Assembly (NCBI GenBank): GCA_964355515.1
Contig: CAYHDV010000003.1
Coordinates: 7,914 to 71,913, forward strand
DNA length: 64,000 bases
Source of the DNA: an uncultured Candidatus Saccharibacteria bacterium
GTDB taxonomy: Bacteria; Patescibacteriota; Minisyncoccia; Phycocordibacterales; CSBR16-119
Reading direction: 5' to 3'
A program made the translations under genes and the position numbers. Below the pieces are notes generated by a model. That model made no database searches and had not been told where the DNA came from. It saw nothing but the letters and a program-made list of their open reading frames with translations. Numbering within the stretch: the stretch's first letter is position 1; every line of letters begins with the position of its first letter. Below are positions 37,532-47,386 of the stretch, one piece after another.

Positions 37532-40516
37532 GTGATACAGCTTTTACAAAACAAATTAGTAAAAGGTGCTGTGCTTACACTTGTTTCTTGTGTGATGCTT
37601 TTTGGTAGTTTCACTTTTGGGGTTAAGGATACCAAAGCTCAAGCCTCAATACTCACTCCTTCAGAGGTAGAAGATGTTATAAGAATTGATTGGTTCCCAG
37701 CCACAGATATAACCTCTGGGTCTTTCAAAAAATTTGGGACTATCACTATTACCGATATTGGATCAAGTATAGACGGTCTTCAGTCAAATAGATTTGAGAA
37801 TGATTATCTTATTATAAATAAAGAGGGAACAGATTTTTGGGTTTTCTTTGGTGAACAAGTTAATTATTCAAATGGTGGTTCCATGGTAATCCAAGAATCT
37901 GAACTTGGTTTAACTAACCCTTCAGGATATAACGAAAATACAATGAGATTCGGGGTTTCCTTTGGCGGATTAAACCCTGAGACTGAATATGATGTTTCTC
38001 TATACTATATCCCTAAAAAATTCGTTACCCAACCAGGGCCTGGTGGGGGCACAAGCCAAACACTAATAGATTTAGACGGATCACCGTGGCCTGGACCTGA
38101 TTCTGGAGAAACAATAAAAACTCTACCCCAAGGCCAGGGAAGCACGCCCGAGACGGAGACTTCAGACCTAGAAGGTCTTACCGGTTTCGACCAGGCAATT
38201 AGTACACACATTAAATGTGGGGCTATTGGTGACTCTTCTTTAAGCGACTGTTTTATTGAGGGTCTTTATTGGATTGTTTATCCGGTTTCTGTTTCAATTC
38301 TTGGAATAGCCGGTAAGTTATTTGACCTACTTACAAGTCTTGCAATCTCAAGCAAGGTATACCGAGATTCAACATTTGTTATTAGTGGATGGTCAATTGT
38401 AAGAGACATTTCAAATATTTTCTTTATTTTCATACTTCTTATAGCCGCTTTCAAAACAATGTTTGGGTCTGGAGATGTCCAAAAAACCATCAAAAATGTA
38501 ATAGTCATAGCCCTACTTATAAACTTTAGTCTCTTTATGGTTAGAGTGGTGATTGATGGATCAAATATTCTTGCCCACCTGTTTTACAATAGAATTAGTG
38601 TTACGGGTGCTTCAAATCAAGAATTACCTCCAAGTCTAGAGTTATCAAATGTGGGGGAGCAAAGAAATCTTTTTGAGGGGATCACTGCTGGACTTAATGT
38701 CCAAAATTTCATGGCTGGGCCTGGGGTAGATCAATTCTTAAAGGAATTGGGTTCTAACAAAATGCCCTTAGTGACAATTATCGTATTTTCTTTGATTGTA
38801 AACTTCGTAGCTGCTTGGATTTTCTTTAAAGTTGGATTTATGATGCTTGGAAGAATTATCGGCCTATGGCTCGCCATGATCCTGGCCCCCCTTGCTTTTA
38901 TTATGCAACTAGTTCCTGGGGCCTCACTGTATCTCAAAGATTTTAGTTTTAATAAATGGATGTCCGACATGGTTCAATATGCACTTCTCGCTCCTGTTTT
39001 TCTATTCTTTGTCTATCTAATTATAATTTTCATAAATAGTCATTTCCTGGATGGATTTTTACAGTCAGCAAATTATGATGGTTATGAAAAACTTGTTGTG
39101 TTATCCCTTTCATTTATGATAATTGTTGGAATTCTAAAAATGGCAGAGAAGACAGCTACTGGTATGGCAGGAGAAGCTGGAAACATGATAGCTGGAGCAG
39201 CGACAAAAGCCTTTGGGGCTGTGGCGGGAGTAGCTGGAGGAGTGGCTCTTGGAGGGGCTGCTGTTGCAGGAAGAACAGTTATTGGAGGAGCTGCAACAGC
39301 GGCAATGGAATCAGGCAAGCTTCAAGAATGGTCAAAGAAGGGAGGTATCAGTGGCTGGATGGCAAAACAAGGACTCAAGGGTGCTGATGGAGCTACAAAA
39401 TCAAGCTTTGATGTACGTTCAAGTGGTATTGGAAAAGGTATTCAGAGCAGCTTGAACTCTGCCCTTGGGACAAATATCAACATGAACAATGCTGTTGTGG
39501 GGGGTATTGGCTATGGAACAGACAAGGGCGCTGGAGGACTGCAAGGAATTCAGAAGAGAAAAGAAGAGGAGCAAAAAGCATACGCAAAACTATTGGAACT
39601 CAAAGGAGAGGGTGCTGTTCAGCAGGATGAGAAGAACAAAGCGTGGCAAGATAAATATCAAGCATCTCTTGCAGAGGCACAAAAGAAGGCTAAAAAAGCG
39701 AAAGTTAATCTAAACGAAGAGGACTTCAGAAAGCAATACGAAAAAGGAGAAGACTTTGCTCTACGAGACAATCTTGGAAGGACGTTTAAAGGTGGTTCAT
39801 CATTCAAGGGTGGTGAAGCTTATGTTAAAAATGCAAAAGAAGTGAGTGCTGAAAATAAAAAAGCTTTTGCAGAAAAACTTAATAGAGGAGGTGATTCATT
39901 CTTGGGTGCAGCCATGGAGTCAGGTGCTGTAGCCAAAAGTGCTATGGGGATAGGCGGATTAGTAGGAGGTGGGTCAGCTGTTTCAAATATCTCTGCAATC
40001 GCAGGTACAGCAGGAGTCTCTGGAGCTGCCGCTGTAACAGGGGTGGCTGCGTTGGCTGGTATTCCAAAGTTTGATGAAGTCTTCACCCAAGGCAGGGCAG
40101 ATAGAGCTGTGGCCAGAGAAATACTTGGCGCAGAAAAGAAGAAAGAAAAAGCCGGTGTAAATCTGGCCGATCTCAAGAAACTTCTGACTGACGCTAAAGC
40201 ACGAACAGGAGCAACATCGGGGGAATCAGATAGTGATGCACTCAAGGGTATGGCAGCAACTCTAAAAGCTCAGCAAGAAATCCAGAAAGCCCAGCTAGAC
40301 CTTGCAAAGAAAGAGTACCTTCTAGCTTTCAAGGCTCATCAGGCAAGCCCTACAGATCCTGCGCTTAAAGCAGAAGTTGATAGACATGAAAAGACATTTA
40401 TGGATATTAGCTTGAAACACACAGAGCTTGGAGATAAGATAGGTGAGTACAAGAACTTCTCAAACAATGAAGAAAGATTCACAAAGCTATTAAAAGGAGA
40501 AGACCCTGAAAAATAA
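37532..40516 (+). CDS. VirB6/TrbL-like polytopic membrane protein
   Basis: GW..VRD..N.FFI, ALLINFS, RII.LW...I.APLAF TM core, Gly/Ala-rich region, charged C-terminal tail. Confidence 0.8.
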   Translation: MIQLLQNKLVKGAVLTLVSCVMLFGSFTFGVKDTKAQASILTPSEVEDVIRIDWFPATDITSGSFKKFGTITITDIGSSIDGLQSNRFENDYLIINKEGTDFWVFFGEQVNYSNGGSMVIQESELGLTNPSGYNENTMRFGVSFGGLNPETEYDVSLYYIPKKFVTQPGPGGGTSQTLIDLDGSPWPGPDSGETIKTLPQGQGSTPETETSDLEGLTGFDQAISTHIKCGAIGDSSLSDCFIEGLYWIVYPVSVSILGIAGKLFDLLTSLAISSKVYRDSTFVISGWSIVRDISNIFFIFILLIAAFKTMFGSGDVQKTIKNVIVIALLINFSLFMVRVVIDGSNILAHLFYNRISVTGASNQELPPSLELSNVGEQRNLFEGITAGLNVQNFMAGPGVDQFLKELGSNKMPLVTIIVFSLIVNFVAAWIFFKVGFMMLGRIIGLWLAMILAPLAFIMQLVPGASLYLKDFSFNKWMSDMVQYALLAPVFLFFVYLIIIFINSHFLDGFLQSANYDGYEKLVVLSLSFMIIVGILKMAEKTATGMAGEAGNMIAGAATKAFGAVAGVAGGVALGGAAVAGRTVIGGAATAAMESGKLQEWSKKGGISGWMAKQGLKGADGATKSSFDVRSSGIGKGIQSSLNSALGTNINMNNAVVGGIGYGTDKGAGGLQGIQKRKEEEQKAYAKLLELKGEGAVQQDEKNKAWQDKYQASLAEAQKKAKKAKVNLNEEDFRKQYEKGEDFALRDNLGRTFKGGSSFKGGEAYVKNAKEVSAENKKAFAEKLNRGGDSFLGAAMESGAVAKSAMGIGGLVGGGSAVSNISAIAGTAGVSGAAAVTGVAALAGIPKFDEVFTQGRADRAVAREILGAEKKKEKAGVNLADLKKLLTDAKARTGATSGESDSDALKGMAATLKAQQEIQKAQLDLAKKEYLLAFKAHQASPTDPALKAEVDRHEKTFMDISLKHTELGDKIGEYKNFSNNEERFTKLLKGEDPEK

Positions 40517-40530
40517 ATAATTCAACAAAT

Positions 40531-41001
40531 ATGGAACTAACACCAGAATTAATTGAAGAAAAGTACAAAGAGCTACCAAAGGACCTCCGGGAGGCTCTTT
40601 CGGGGAAGCATGTGGAAGAATCTGTTTTTACTATTGGAAAAAGAAAAGGTCTCCACATAGACAAGATAACCACTCTTCTAAATCAAGTGAGATATTTTAT
40701 CCTCGGGTTTACTTCACCTCAAGATTTCAAGGCAAACATCGTAAAAGAACTTGATATACCCGGAGATCAAGCAGGGGAGATTGTGGAGGATCTAAACCAA
40801 GAGATCTTTATGCCAGTGCGTGAGTCACTCCAGGCCATCCACCTCCGAGATAATCCAACTGCTCAAGATTCAACACCAAACCAAGCCAAGAACTTCATAA
40901 ATCAAAGACTAAACCAAACAAGCGGAACCGAACAAAAAACTACAGACTATTCTATCAGGAGGGAGGAGAGGCACGATCCTTATCGGGAACCTATAGAGTA
41001 A
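40531..41001 (+). CDS. Conserved-looking hypothetical protein
   Basis: LPKDLREA...I..EIF.P.R...DPYREPIE; co-oriented in the locus. Confidence 0.75.
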   Translation: MELTPELIEEKYKELPKDLREALSGKHVEESVFTIGKRKGLHIDKITTLLNQVRYFILGFTSPQDFKANIVKELDIPGDQAGEIVEDLNQEIFMPVRESLQAIHLRDNPTAQDSTPNQAKNFINQRLNQTSGTEQKTTDYSIRREERHDPYREPIE

Positions 41002-41141
41002 GTTATCTTGAGATCTTGTATTATCTCTTCATAAAGAATGTGAAATTTTAAGCACAAAAATCAGCCAGAACACTCGGCTGATTTTTGCGCTTATCCCAGA
41101 AGAAAGCTTTGTATAAAACTTTTTCGCGTTATAATAAACCC

Positions 41142-41543
41142 ATGAGATTTAAAGTTCCGCAATTTATAGATATTGAAGACAAAATCTTTGGTCCGCTTAC
41201 ATTTAAGCAGTTCATGTATATGGGAGGAGGGCTGGGTCTCACTTATGTTACATACAGATTTCTTCCACTCTATGGAGCGCTCCCTATCATGGCAGCCATC
41301 CTTGCTCTTTCTTTTTCTCTGACATTTGTCGAGATAAACAAAAAGCCATTCATCTATATTCTAGAGGCCTACATCAGATATATCATTGGCTCAAAAATGT
41401 ATCTTTGGAAAAAGGTTTCCAAGAGAGAGGCGACAGGAGCAGTAAGTAAAAGTGTTCAAAAAGAAAAAGTGGAAACACCAAAACTGACAGAGGGTAGGCT
41501 GAAGTCTCTTTCTCTGGGGCTTAATATTATTGAAGAAAACTAA
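41142..41543 (+). CDS. PrgI family (VirB3-like) protein
   Basis: F.VPQFIDIEDKIFGPLTFKQF plus two TM helices. Confidence 0.88.
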   Translation: MRFKVPQFIDIEDKIFGPLTFKQFMYMGGGLGLTYVTYRFLPLYGALPIMAAILALSFSLTFVEINKKPFIYILEAYIRYIIGSKMYLWKKVSKREATGAVSKSVQKEKVETPKLTEGRLKSLSLGLNIIEEN

Positions 41544-41545
41544 TC

Positions 41546-42172
41546 ATGGCGACAAAACCTACACAAGAATTTATACCGATCCAAGAAATCCGAAATGGAA
41601 TTCTTGTCTTGCGCGATGGTTCACTCCGAGCAATCCTTATGACCTCTGCAGTAAACTTGGCTCTAAAGTCTTCTGACGAACAACAGGGGACAGTGTATCT
41701 TTTCCAAAGTTTTCTAAACTCTCTTGATTTCCCAATTGAAATTGTGGCTCAATCAAGAAAGCTTGATATCAAGCCCTATCTAGAAGCGCTCAATGTGCGA
41801 GAAACTGTAATAGAAGAGCCTCTTTTGAAACTCCAAATCAGAGAGTATGTAAGCTTCGTCAAAAACTTCACCGATCAGATAAACGTTATGAAGAAGCATT
41901 TTTTTGTTGTTATTCCATTTACACCAAATACTGTTTCATCAAATTCAAGTCTTATTTCTGGGTTATTTGGTGGAAAGAAAGCTAAAACAATTTCAGCAGA
42001 AGACTTCGGTGAATACATGTCTCAACTGGAACAAAGAATTTCTCTTGTTCAGTCTGGACTTTCTCGTGTGGGAGTGAAGAGTTCTCTTTTAAACAACGAG
42101 GAGTCTATCGAGCTTTTTTATACAATATTTAATATGGGAGATGGAAGTAGTTCTCTATCAATGGATAATTAA
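41546..42172 (+). CDS. T4SS-associated protein (TraC/VirB4 N-terminal-like)
   Basis: TQEFIPIQEIRNG, NLALKS.DEQ, FLNSLDFPIEI, FFVVIP; lies between PrgI and VirB4. Confidence 0.75.
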   Translation: MATKPTQEFIPIQEIRNGILVLRDGSLRAILMTSAVNLALKSSDEQQGTVYLFQSFLNSLDFPIEIVAQSRKLDIKPYLEALNVRETVIEEPLLKLQIREYVSFVKNFTDQINVMKKHFFVVIPFTPNTVSSNSSLISGLFGGKKAKTISAEDFGEYMSQLEQRISLVQSGLSRVGVKSSLLNNEESIELFYTIFNMGDGSSSLSMDN

Positions 42173-42177
42173 TACCT

Positions 42178-44238
42178 ATGAGCCTTTTCGACAAACTAAC
42201 AAAAAAAGATATCAAACCAACAGGTCCACAAGCGCTCCCTGTTCTTCCTGAGGAAATATACAAGACTGCAAACCTAGAGTTGCAAGATATCCTAGCTCCC
42301 GGAGCTTTGAAAATCCAACCCAAGACCCTCAACCTCGGAGAGGAGCTTGCTCGAACATATTTTGTGGTTTCCTATCCAAGATACCTGACAGACAATTGGT
42401 TTACACCTATCATCAACCTAGACAAGATTTTCGATGTTTCTATTCATATTCATCCAGTAGATACATCCACAATCCTTAAAAAGTTTGAAAAAAAGGTAGC
42501 CGAAGTACAAAGTCAAATCGAGGCTCGTTCAGAAAAAGGTGTCGTGCGAGACCCAATTCTCGACACCGCATATCATGACTTGGAAGACCTGCGGGACAAT
42601 CTCCAGCAGGCACAGGAGAAAATATTTGAAGTAGGGCTATACATCACAATATACGCAAAGACAGAAAAAGAGCTTTCTGAAATAGAAACAAAGATTAAGT
42701 CTATATTGGAATCAAAGTTGGTTTACCTCAAGCCAGCACTCTTCCAACAAAAAGAAGGTTTCTTGAGTACCATGCCAATTGGCGATGACCAGCTAGCTGT
42801 CCACCAAAAGATGAATTCTGCACCACTGTCCTCTCTATTTCCTTTTGTTTCTTTTGACCTTACAGATGAGAAGGGGATCCTCTATGGGATAAACAGACAA
42901 AACTCAAGTTTGGTTATTTTTGATAGATTCTCTATGCCAAACTACAACTCAATCACCTTTGCCACCTCAGGAGCCGGGAAATCTTTTGCAACAAAACTTG
43001 AGGTATTGCGTTCCATGATGTTTGATACAAACGTAATTGTTATCGACCCAGAGCGAGAGTATGAGTCTCTTGCAGAAGCAGTTGGTGGACGATTCTTCAA
43101 CATCTCTCTTTCTTCAGAGCACCATATCAATCCATTTGATCTACCAAAACCAAGTGAAGATGAAACACCAGCGGATGTTCTTCGGGGGACAACCATTAGT
43201 CTCGTGGGACTATTTCGAATCATGCTTCAGGGTCTAACTCCAGAAGAAGATGCTATCGTGGACCAGGCTATCACCCAAACATACGCCCTAAAGGATATCA
43301 CCGCCGAGGGAAGCTTTGAGGGGAAAGAACCTCCACTTCTTTCTGATTTTGAAATGGTCTTGCAAGGGATGGATGGTACAGATTCTGTTCTACAAAAACT
43401 TTCCAAATTTACAAGTGGGTCTTGGTCTACATTTATGAATAAGCCCACAAACGTGGATATTGATAAGAAATTCATTGTATTTTCTGTACGAGACATGGAA
43501 GACGACCTCAAGCCTGTTGCCATGTATCTTGTAACCCAATTCATCTGGACAGCTATTCGAAAAAATATCCAAAAAAGAATTCTAGTGGTGGATGAGGCTT
43601 GGTGGATGATGAAATCAGAAGATACCGCAAGCTTCCTATATAGCATGGCAAAGCGAGGAAGAAAGTATTACCTAGGGCTTGCCACAATCACCCAAGACGT
43701 GGGGGACTTCATGCGGTCAAAATATGGAGTGCCTATTGTTACAAACTCTTCTATTCAGCTTCTTTTGAAGCAATCACCAAGCACTATTGATGTTCTCCAA
43801 AAAACATTCAACCTGACCGATGAAGAAAAATACCTTCTTCTTGAGGCAAACGTGGGTGAAGGGATATTCTTTGCCGGCCTAAAACACGTTGCAATTAAAA
43901 TCATTGCTTCATATACCGAAGAGCAGATTATCACCTCAGATCCTGCCCAGATTCTGGCAATCCAAAGAGCAAAAATAGAAAAGAGAGAAGTTGCTGCTGT
44001 GGTAGAAGAACAAAACAAAGAAAAAATACAAACTGTCATGAAAGAACAAGCTCAAATCCAAAAAGATAAAGAGCTTGAAGAAAATTTGCGTATCAAAGAA
44101 GAAGTAACTGAGGCCAAAAAAGAAGAGGTTTCTCTCCCCGATAGCACAGCTCCAAAAGAAACTAATTCTCTCCAAAGTTTCTCTGACAATCTAGATAGTG
44201 AAATATCAACACTTGAGAACGAACTTGGGGGATTCTAG
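42178..44238 (+). CDS. VirB4/TraE-like T4SS ATPase
   Basis: Walker A ATSGAGKS, VIDPEREY, INPFDL, VVDEAW Walker B, KRGRKY, ITQD. Confidence 0.92.
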   Translation: MSLFDKLTKKDIKPTGPQALPVLPEEIYKTANLELQDILAPGALKIQPKTLNLGEELARTYFVVSYPRYLTDNWFTPIINLDKIFDVSIHIHPVDTSTILKKFEKKVAEVQSQIEARSEKGVVRDPILDTAYHDLEDLRDNLQQAQEKIFEVGLYITIYAKTEKELSEIETKIKSILESKLVYLKPALFQQKEGFLSTMPIGDDQLAVHQKMNSAPLSSLFPFVSFDLTDEKGILYGINRQNSSLVIFDRFSMPNYNSITFATSGAGKSFATKLEVLRSMMFDTNVIVIDPEREYESLAEAVGGRFFNISLSSEHHINPFDLPKPSEDETPADVLRGTTISLVGLFRIMLQGLTPEEDAIVDQAITQTYALKDITAEGSFEGKEPPLLSDFEMVLQGMDGTDSVLQKLSKFTSGSWSTFMNKPTNVDIDKKFIVFSVRDMEDDLKPVAMYLVTQFIWTAIRKNIQKRILVVDEAWWMMKSEDTASFLYSMAKRGRKYYLGLATITQDVGDFMRSKYGVPIVTNSSIQLLLKQSPSTIDVLQKTFNLTDEEKYLLLEANVGEGIFFAGLKHVAIKIIASYTEEQIITSDPAQILAIQRAKIEKREVAAVVEEQNKEKIQTVMKEQAQIQKDKELEENLRIKEEVTEAKKEEVSLPDSTAPKETNSLQSFSDNLDSEISTLENELGGF

Positions 44239-44275
44239 TGTTTTGTCTCTTGTGAATCCATAGTATGATATACAC

Positions 44276-44662
44276 ATGGATACAGATGATCAAAAAATAT
44301 CTGAAGAATTAGAAAGCTTGGAAAAGGCATTCGAGGAAGAGACTGCTTCCTCTCCCATTGCTGAAATAAAAGTGAATACACCCCAAGCTCAAACAGTTGG
44401 AGGTTTTTCACACACAATAACCTCCCTAAAAGAAACCGATTCCAAAATAGCTGGGAAAATAGAAACCTTAAAGAATCTAGCAAAAAGTGAGTTGGATAAA
44501 CTAAAAGAATTAAAAAATAGTATCGCAAAAAAAATAGCAGATATAAAAGAGCTTGCTGAAACAAGAGAAAAAATCAAAAAAGAGATCGAGAAAATATCGG
44601 GATTAGAATCTGAAGTAAATTCAATAACAGAAGAAGCAACTCATGAACTTGGCAATCTATAA
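44276..44662 (+). CDS. Coiled-coil hypothetical protein
   Basis: E/K/L/I heptad-rich 128 aa; TATGAT 6 nt before ATG. Confidence 0.7.
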   Translation: MDTDDQKISEELESLEKAFEEETASSPIAEIKVNTPQAQTVGGFSHTITSLKETDSKIAGKIETLKNLAKSELDKLKELKNSIAKKIADIKELAETREKIKKEIEKISGLESEVNSITEEATHELGNL

Positions 44663-45650
44663 AAAAATATACATTGTTTTTTCTTTCATCTTTGTTTTTG
44701 GTGTGGCTTGTTTTCTTTTCATCTCTACCGCCATGGCTCAGACAGAAAGCTTTTCTTTTGAGGTCTACCCCAAGAATCCAGCACCTCAGGAAGTGGTAAA
44801 AGCTTCTTTGTCGAGTTTTTCTGTTGACTTAGACAAAGCTCACATCACATGGACAGTGGATGGTAATACTATTCTATCCGGAATGGGTGAGAAATCGGCT
44901 AGCATAAAAACCAAAAACCTGGGCGAGGTAACTGTTGTAAAGGCTGTTGCGGTGTTCGCTCAAGGCCAGAGAATAGAACAAACCTTAATCATCCAACCTG
45001 CGTATCTGGATATTCTCTGGGAATCAACAGACTCTTATACTCCTCCTTTTTACAAAGGAAAAGCTCTTCCTTCGCAGGAGAGCACCCTTAAGGTTGTCGC
45101 TATTCCAGAAATCAAAAACTACGCAGGTCAAAAATACAAGCCAGAACACCTCATCTACACATGGAAAAAGGGTATAGAAACTCAAACAAATAACTCCGGC
45201 TTTAATAAGCAATATTTCTCTTTTAAACATAGCGTCTTTGACAAAGAGCAAAGAGTCAACATAGAAGTGGCAAGCCAAGATGGGTATAGTGGTGGAGAGG
45301 GATCAGCATTGATTACTTTTTCTAATCCTCGTGTGGCTGTATATCAAGAAACCTCTCAAAAAGGTATAAACTTTGCCAGCGAGCTTTCTCAAAATTCATT
45401 ATCAAGCAGGGGTAAGACAAGTCTTGTAGCTATCCCATACTTTTTTTCAACAAACTCTCATGGGGAGAGCGGTCTTTCCTATCAGTGGACAGTAAATGGA
45501 AATACAGCCACCCCACAAAATACAAAGAATAAAATTACCTTAGAGAAAACGGGGGAGGATGCTGGTCTTGCAGAAGTAGAGGTATCCATTAAAAGTGTTT
45601 CTAAACTTTTTCAAGATGGGCTTAAAAAATTTAATATAGAATTGCAATAA
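44643..45650 (+). CDS. Secreted Ig/PKD-like beta-sandwich protein
   Basis: Signal peptide AMA-Q; repeated (I/Y).W.V.G strands; PPFYKGKALP. Confidence 0.7.
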   Translation: MNLAIYKKIYIVFSFIFVFGVACFLFISTAMAQTESFSFEVYPKNPAPQEVVKASLSSFSVDLDKAHITWTVDGNTILSGMGEKSASIKTKNLGEVTVVKAVAVFAQGQRIEQTLIIQPAYLDILWESTDSYTPPFYKGKALPSQESTLKVVAIPEIKNYAGQKYKPEHLIYTWKKGIETQTNNSGFNKQYFSFKHSVFDKEQRVNIEVASQDGYSGGEGSALITFSNPRVAVYQETSQKGINFASELSQNSLSSRGKTSLVAIPYFFSTNSHGESGLSYQWTVNGNTATPQNTKNKITLEKTGEDAGLAEVEVSIKSVSKLFQDGLKKFNIELQ

Positions 45651-45651
45651 T

Positions 45652-47370
45652 ATGAAAAAGATTTTCTCATACCTAATAATAACCCTGGTGATGTTTTTCC
45701 AAGTTTCTATTGCTGTCTTCGCCCAGCCTGTACCTACCAGCTCTGAACCTTCTCTTACTATCGAGGCTGGATTATCTTTTGAGCAAACATCTGTTGGACC
45801 ATCAGCAAATCCAACTTTAAATATCCAAGTTTTTGGAGATAACATGGAGCAGGTTTATCAATCTTATGTTTTAGAAGTTTTTAAAAACAATGAAACTGAG
45901 CCACATGCCACAGGAATAAATCTATATACAATAGTTGATGGATCTTTTGAGGGGGAGGTAATACCTTTGGCGACGCAAGCAGATGCAGCTCAATATACTA
46001 TTACGGCAAAAACAGGAACAACTGGCGAGGATCTGCTAATAGAAACTATAATCTTTCAAATGGTTAGAGAGTCGTCTCCAGCACTCTCTATCCCTTCAGT
46101 CACCATCACCCCAGAAACAGGATTAACTACCGGGGTGTCTTACACAGTGAAGGGCTCTGGCCTATTTGGAAATGCCACCTACACCATCCCCGTACAAATA
46201 CGAGCAGGAAGTGAACTTGGAGAGGTTGTCTATTCCGATACATATGAGGTGACCACTGGTTCTGGGGGAGCGTTCAATCTCACACCCAGCTCTTGGAACC
46301 CAGCAACTTTTAATGCTAACCAGGGGGCTGAGGGAGGATCGCTTGAAGGAATACAAGGTGCGGGAACAAACGAGGTGGCGACAGATACTTTTGTGGTACA
46401 AGCATTTCTCCACACAACAGCAAATGCTGTAAAAACAAGTAAGTCTTTTCAAACAAATGGTGTTACAAACGCTATCAATGTTGAAAATGGCGTGGTGACA
46501 AATACAGATGACTGTATCGATGGGCAGGGGACATACTGTCTTCTAGAGCCTATTGGAACGGGGAACAATCTATTAGACCGAGTAAATATCAATACGTCTT
46601 TTGGAAGCTATTTAAATGGACTTTTCCAAATCGGGCTTGCTCTTATTGGGATTCTGGGAGTTCTCCTTATTGTTGTAGGAGGTATAACCTACATGACAAC
46701 AGATGCTATTGGTAAAATGACAGAGGGAAAAGCTCAAATTAAAAAAGCCCTTCTGGGTATTTTCCTTGCTCTTATTTCATGGCTACTTTTGCAAACCATA
46801 GACCCAGGGTTGTTGAAATTTGAAATTGGAGTATATGATGCGCCAACACCTGGGTACCTGGGGGAGGCGACACCAACCGGAACAAATGTTTGCGGGTCAA
46901 GAACACTAAACGGGCAAACAGTCACACAAGGAATGCCTTGGCCTAGTGATCAAACACAGCGGAGCTTACTTGGGAATGCAAATATAAGTATTGCTTCAAC
47001 AGGTGGAAACAATGCTTGCACAACAGCTGGTCAGACAAGTTGCACATCAGTCTATTTCTCAGGGGCAGCATCAAACGTACCCCAAAAAGTGATAGAAATT
47101 AAAACTCAGTGCGAAGAAGAAACTGGAAAAACCTGCCCAGTTGTAATAACAGGGGGAAGCGAATGTTGGGCACACCAAAGCCATGGGCCATCTCTAAAAA
47201 GAGTAGATCTCCGCAATAATACAACTACCGCTGATTTCAATGCTTGGGTGTATAGCAAATTAAATGGAGCAAGCTCGGGCATCATCCCAGGTCTAGGTAA
47301 ATTTACAAACGAAGCCGATGGGGCAACATCAAATACAACCGCCTCTCACTGGCATGTTGAGTTAGATTAG
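45652..47370 (+). CDS. Pilin-like (TrbC/VirB2-type hairpin) protein with extracellular domains and C-terminal putative Zn-peptidase
   Basis: GG..YMT...K..I..A..G two-TM pilin core at ~46600-46800; C-terminal SH...VD...HWH. Confidence 0.7.
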   Translation: MKKIFSYLIITLVMFFQVSIAVFAQPVPTSSEPSLTIEAGLSFEQTSVGPSANPTLNIQVFGDNMEQVYQSYVLEVFKNNETEPHATGINLYTIVDGSFEGEVIPLATQADAAQYTITAKTGTTGEDLLIETIIFQMVRESSPALSIPSVTITPETGLTTGVSYTVKGSGLFGNATYTIPVQIRAGSELGEVVYSDTYEVTTGSGGAFNLTPSSWNPATFNANQGAEGGSLEGIQGAGTNEVATDTFVVQAFLHTTANAVKTSKSFQTNGVTNAINVENGVVTNTDDCIDGQGTYCLLEPIGTGNNLLDRVNINTSFGSYLNGLFQIGLALIGILGVLLIVVGGITYMTTDAIGKMTEGKAQIKKALLGIFLALISWLLLQTIDPGLLKFEIGVYDAPTPGYLGEATPTGTNVCGSRTLNGQTVTQGMPWPSDQTQRSLLGNANISIASTGGNNACTTAGQTSCTSVYFSGAASNVPQKVIEIKTQCEEETGKTCPVVITGGSECWAHQSHGPSLKRVDLRNNTTTADFNAWVYSKLNGASSGIIPGLGKFTNEADGATSNTTASHWHVELD

Positions 47371-47386
47371 ATGATATAATATTGTC

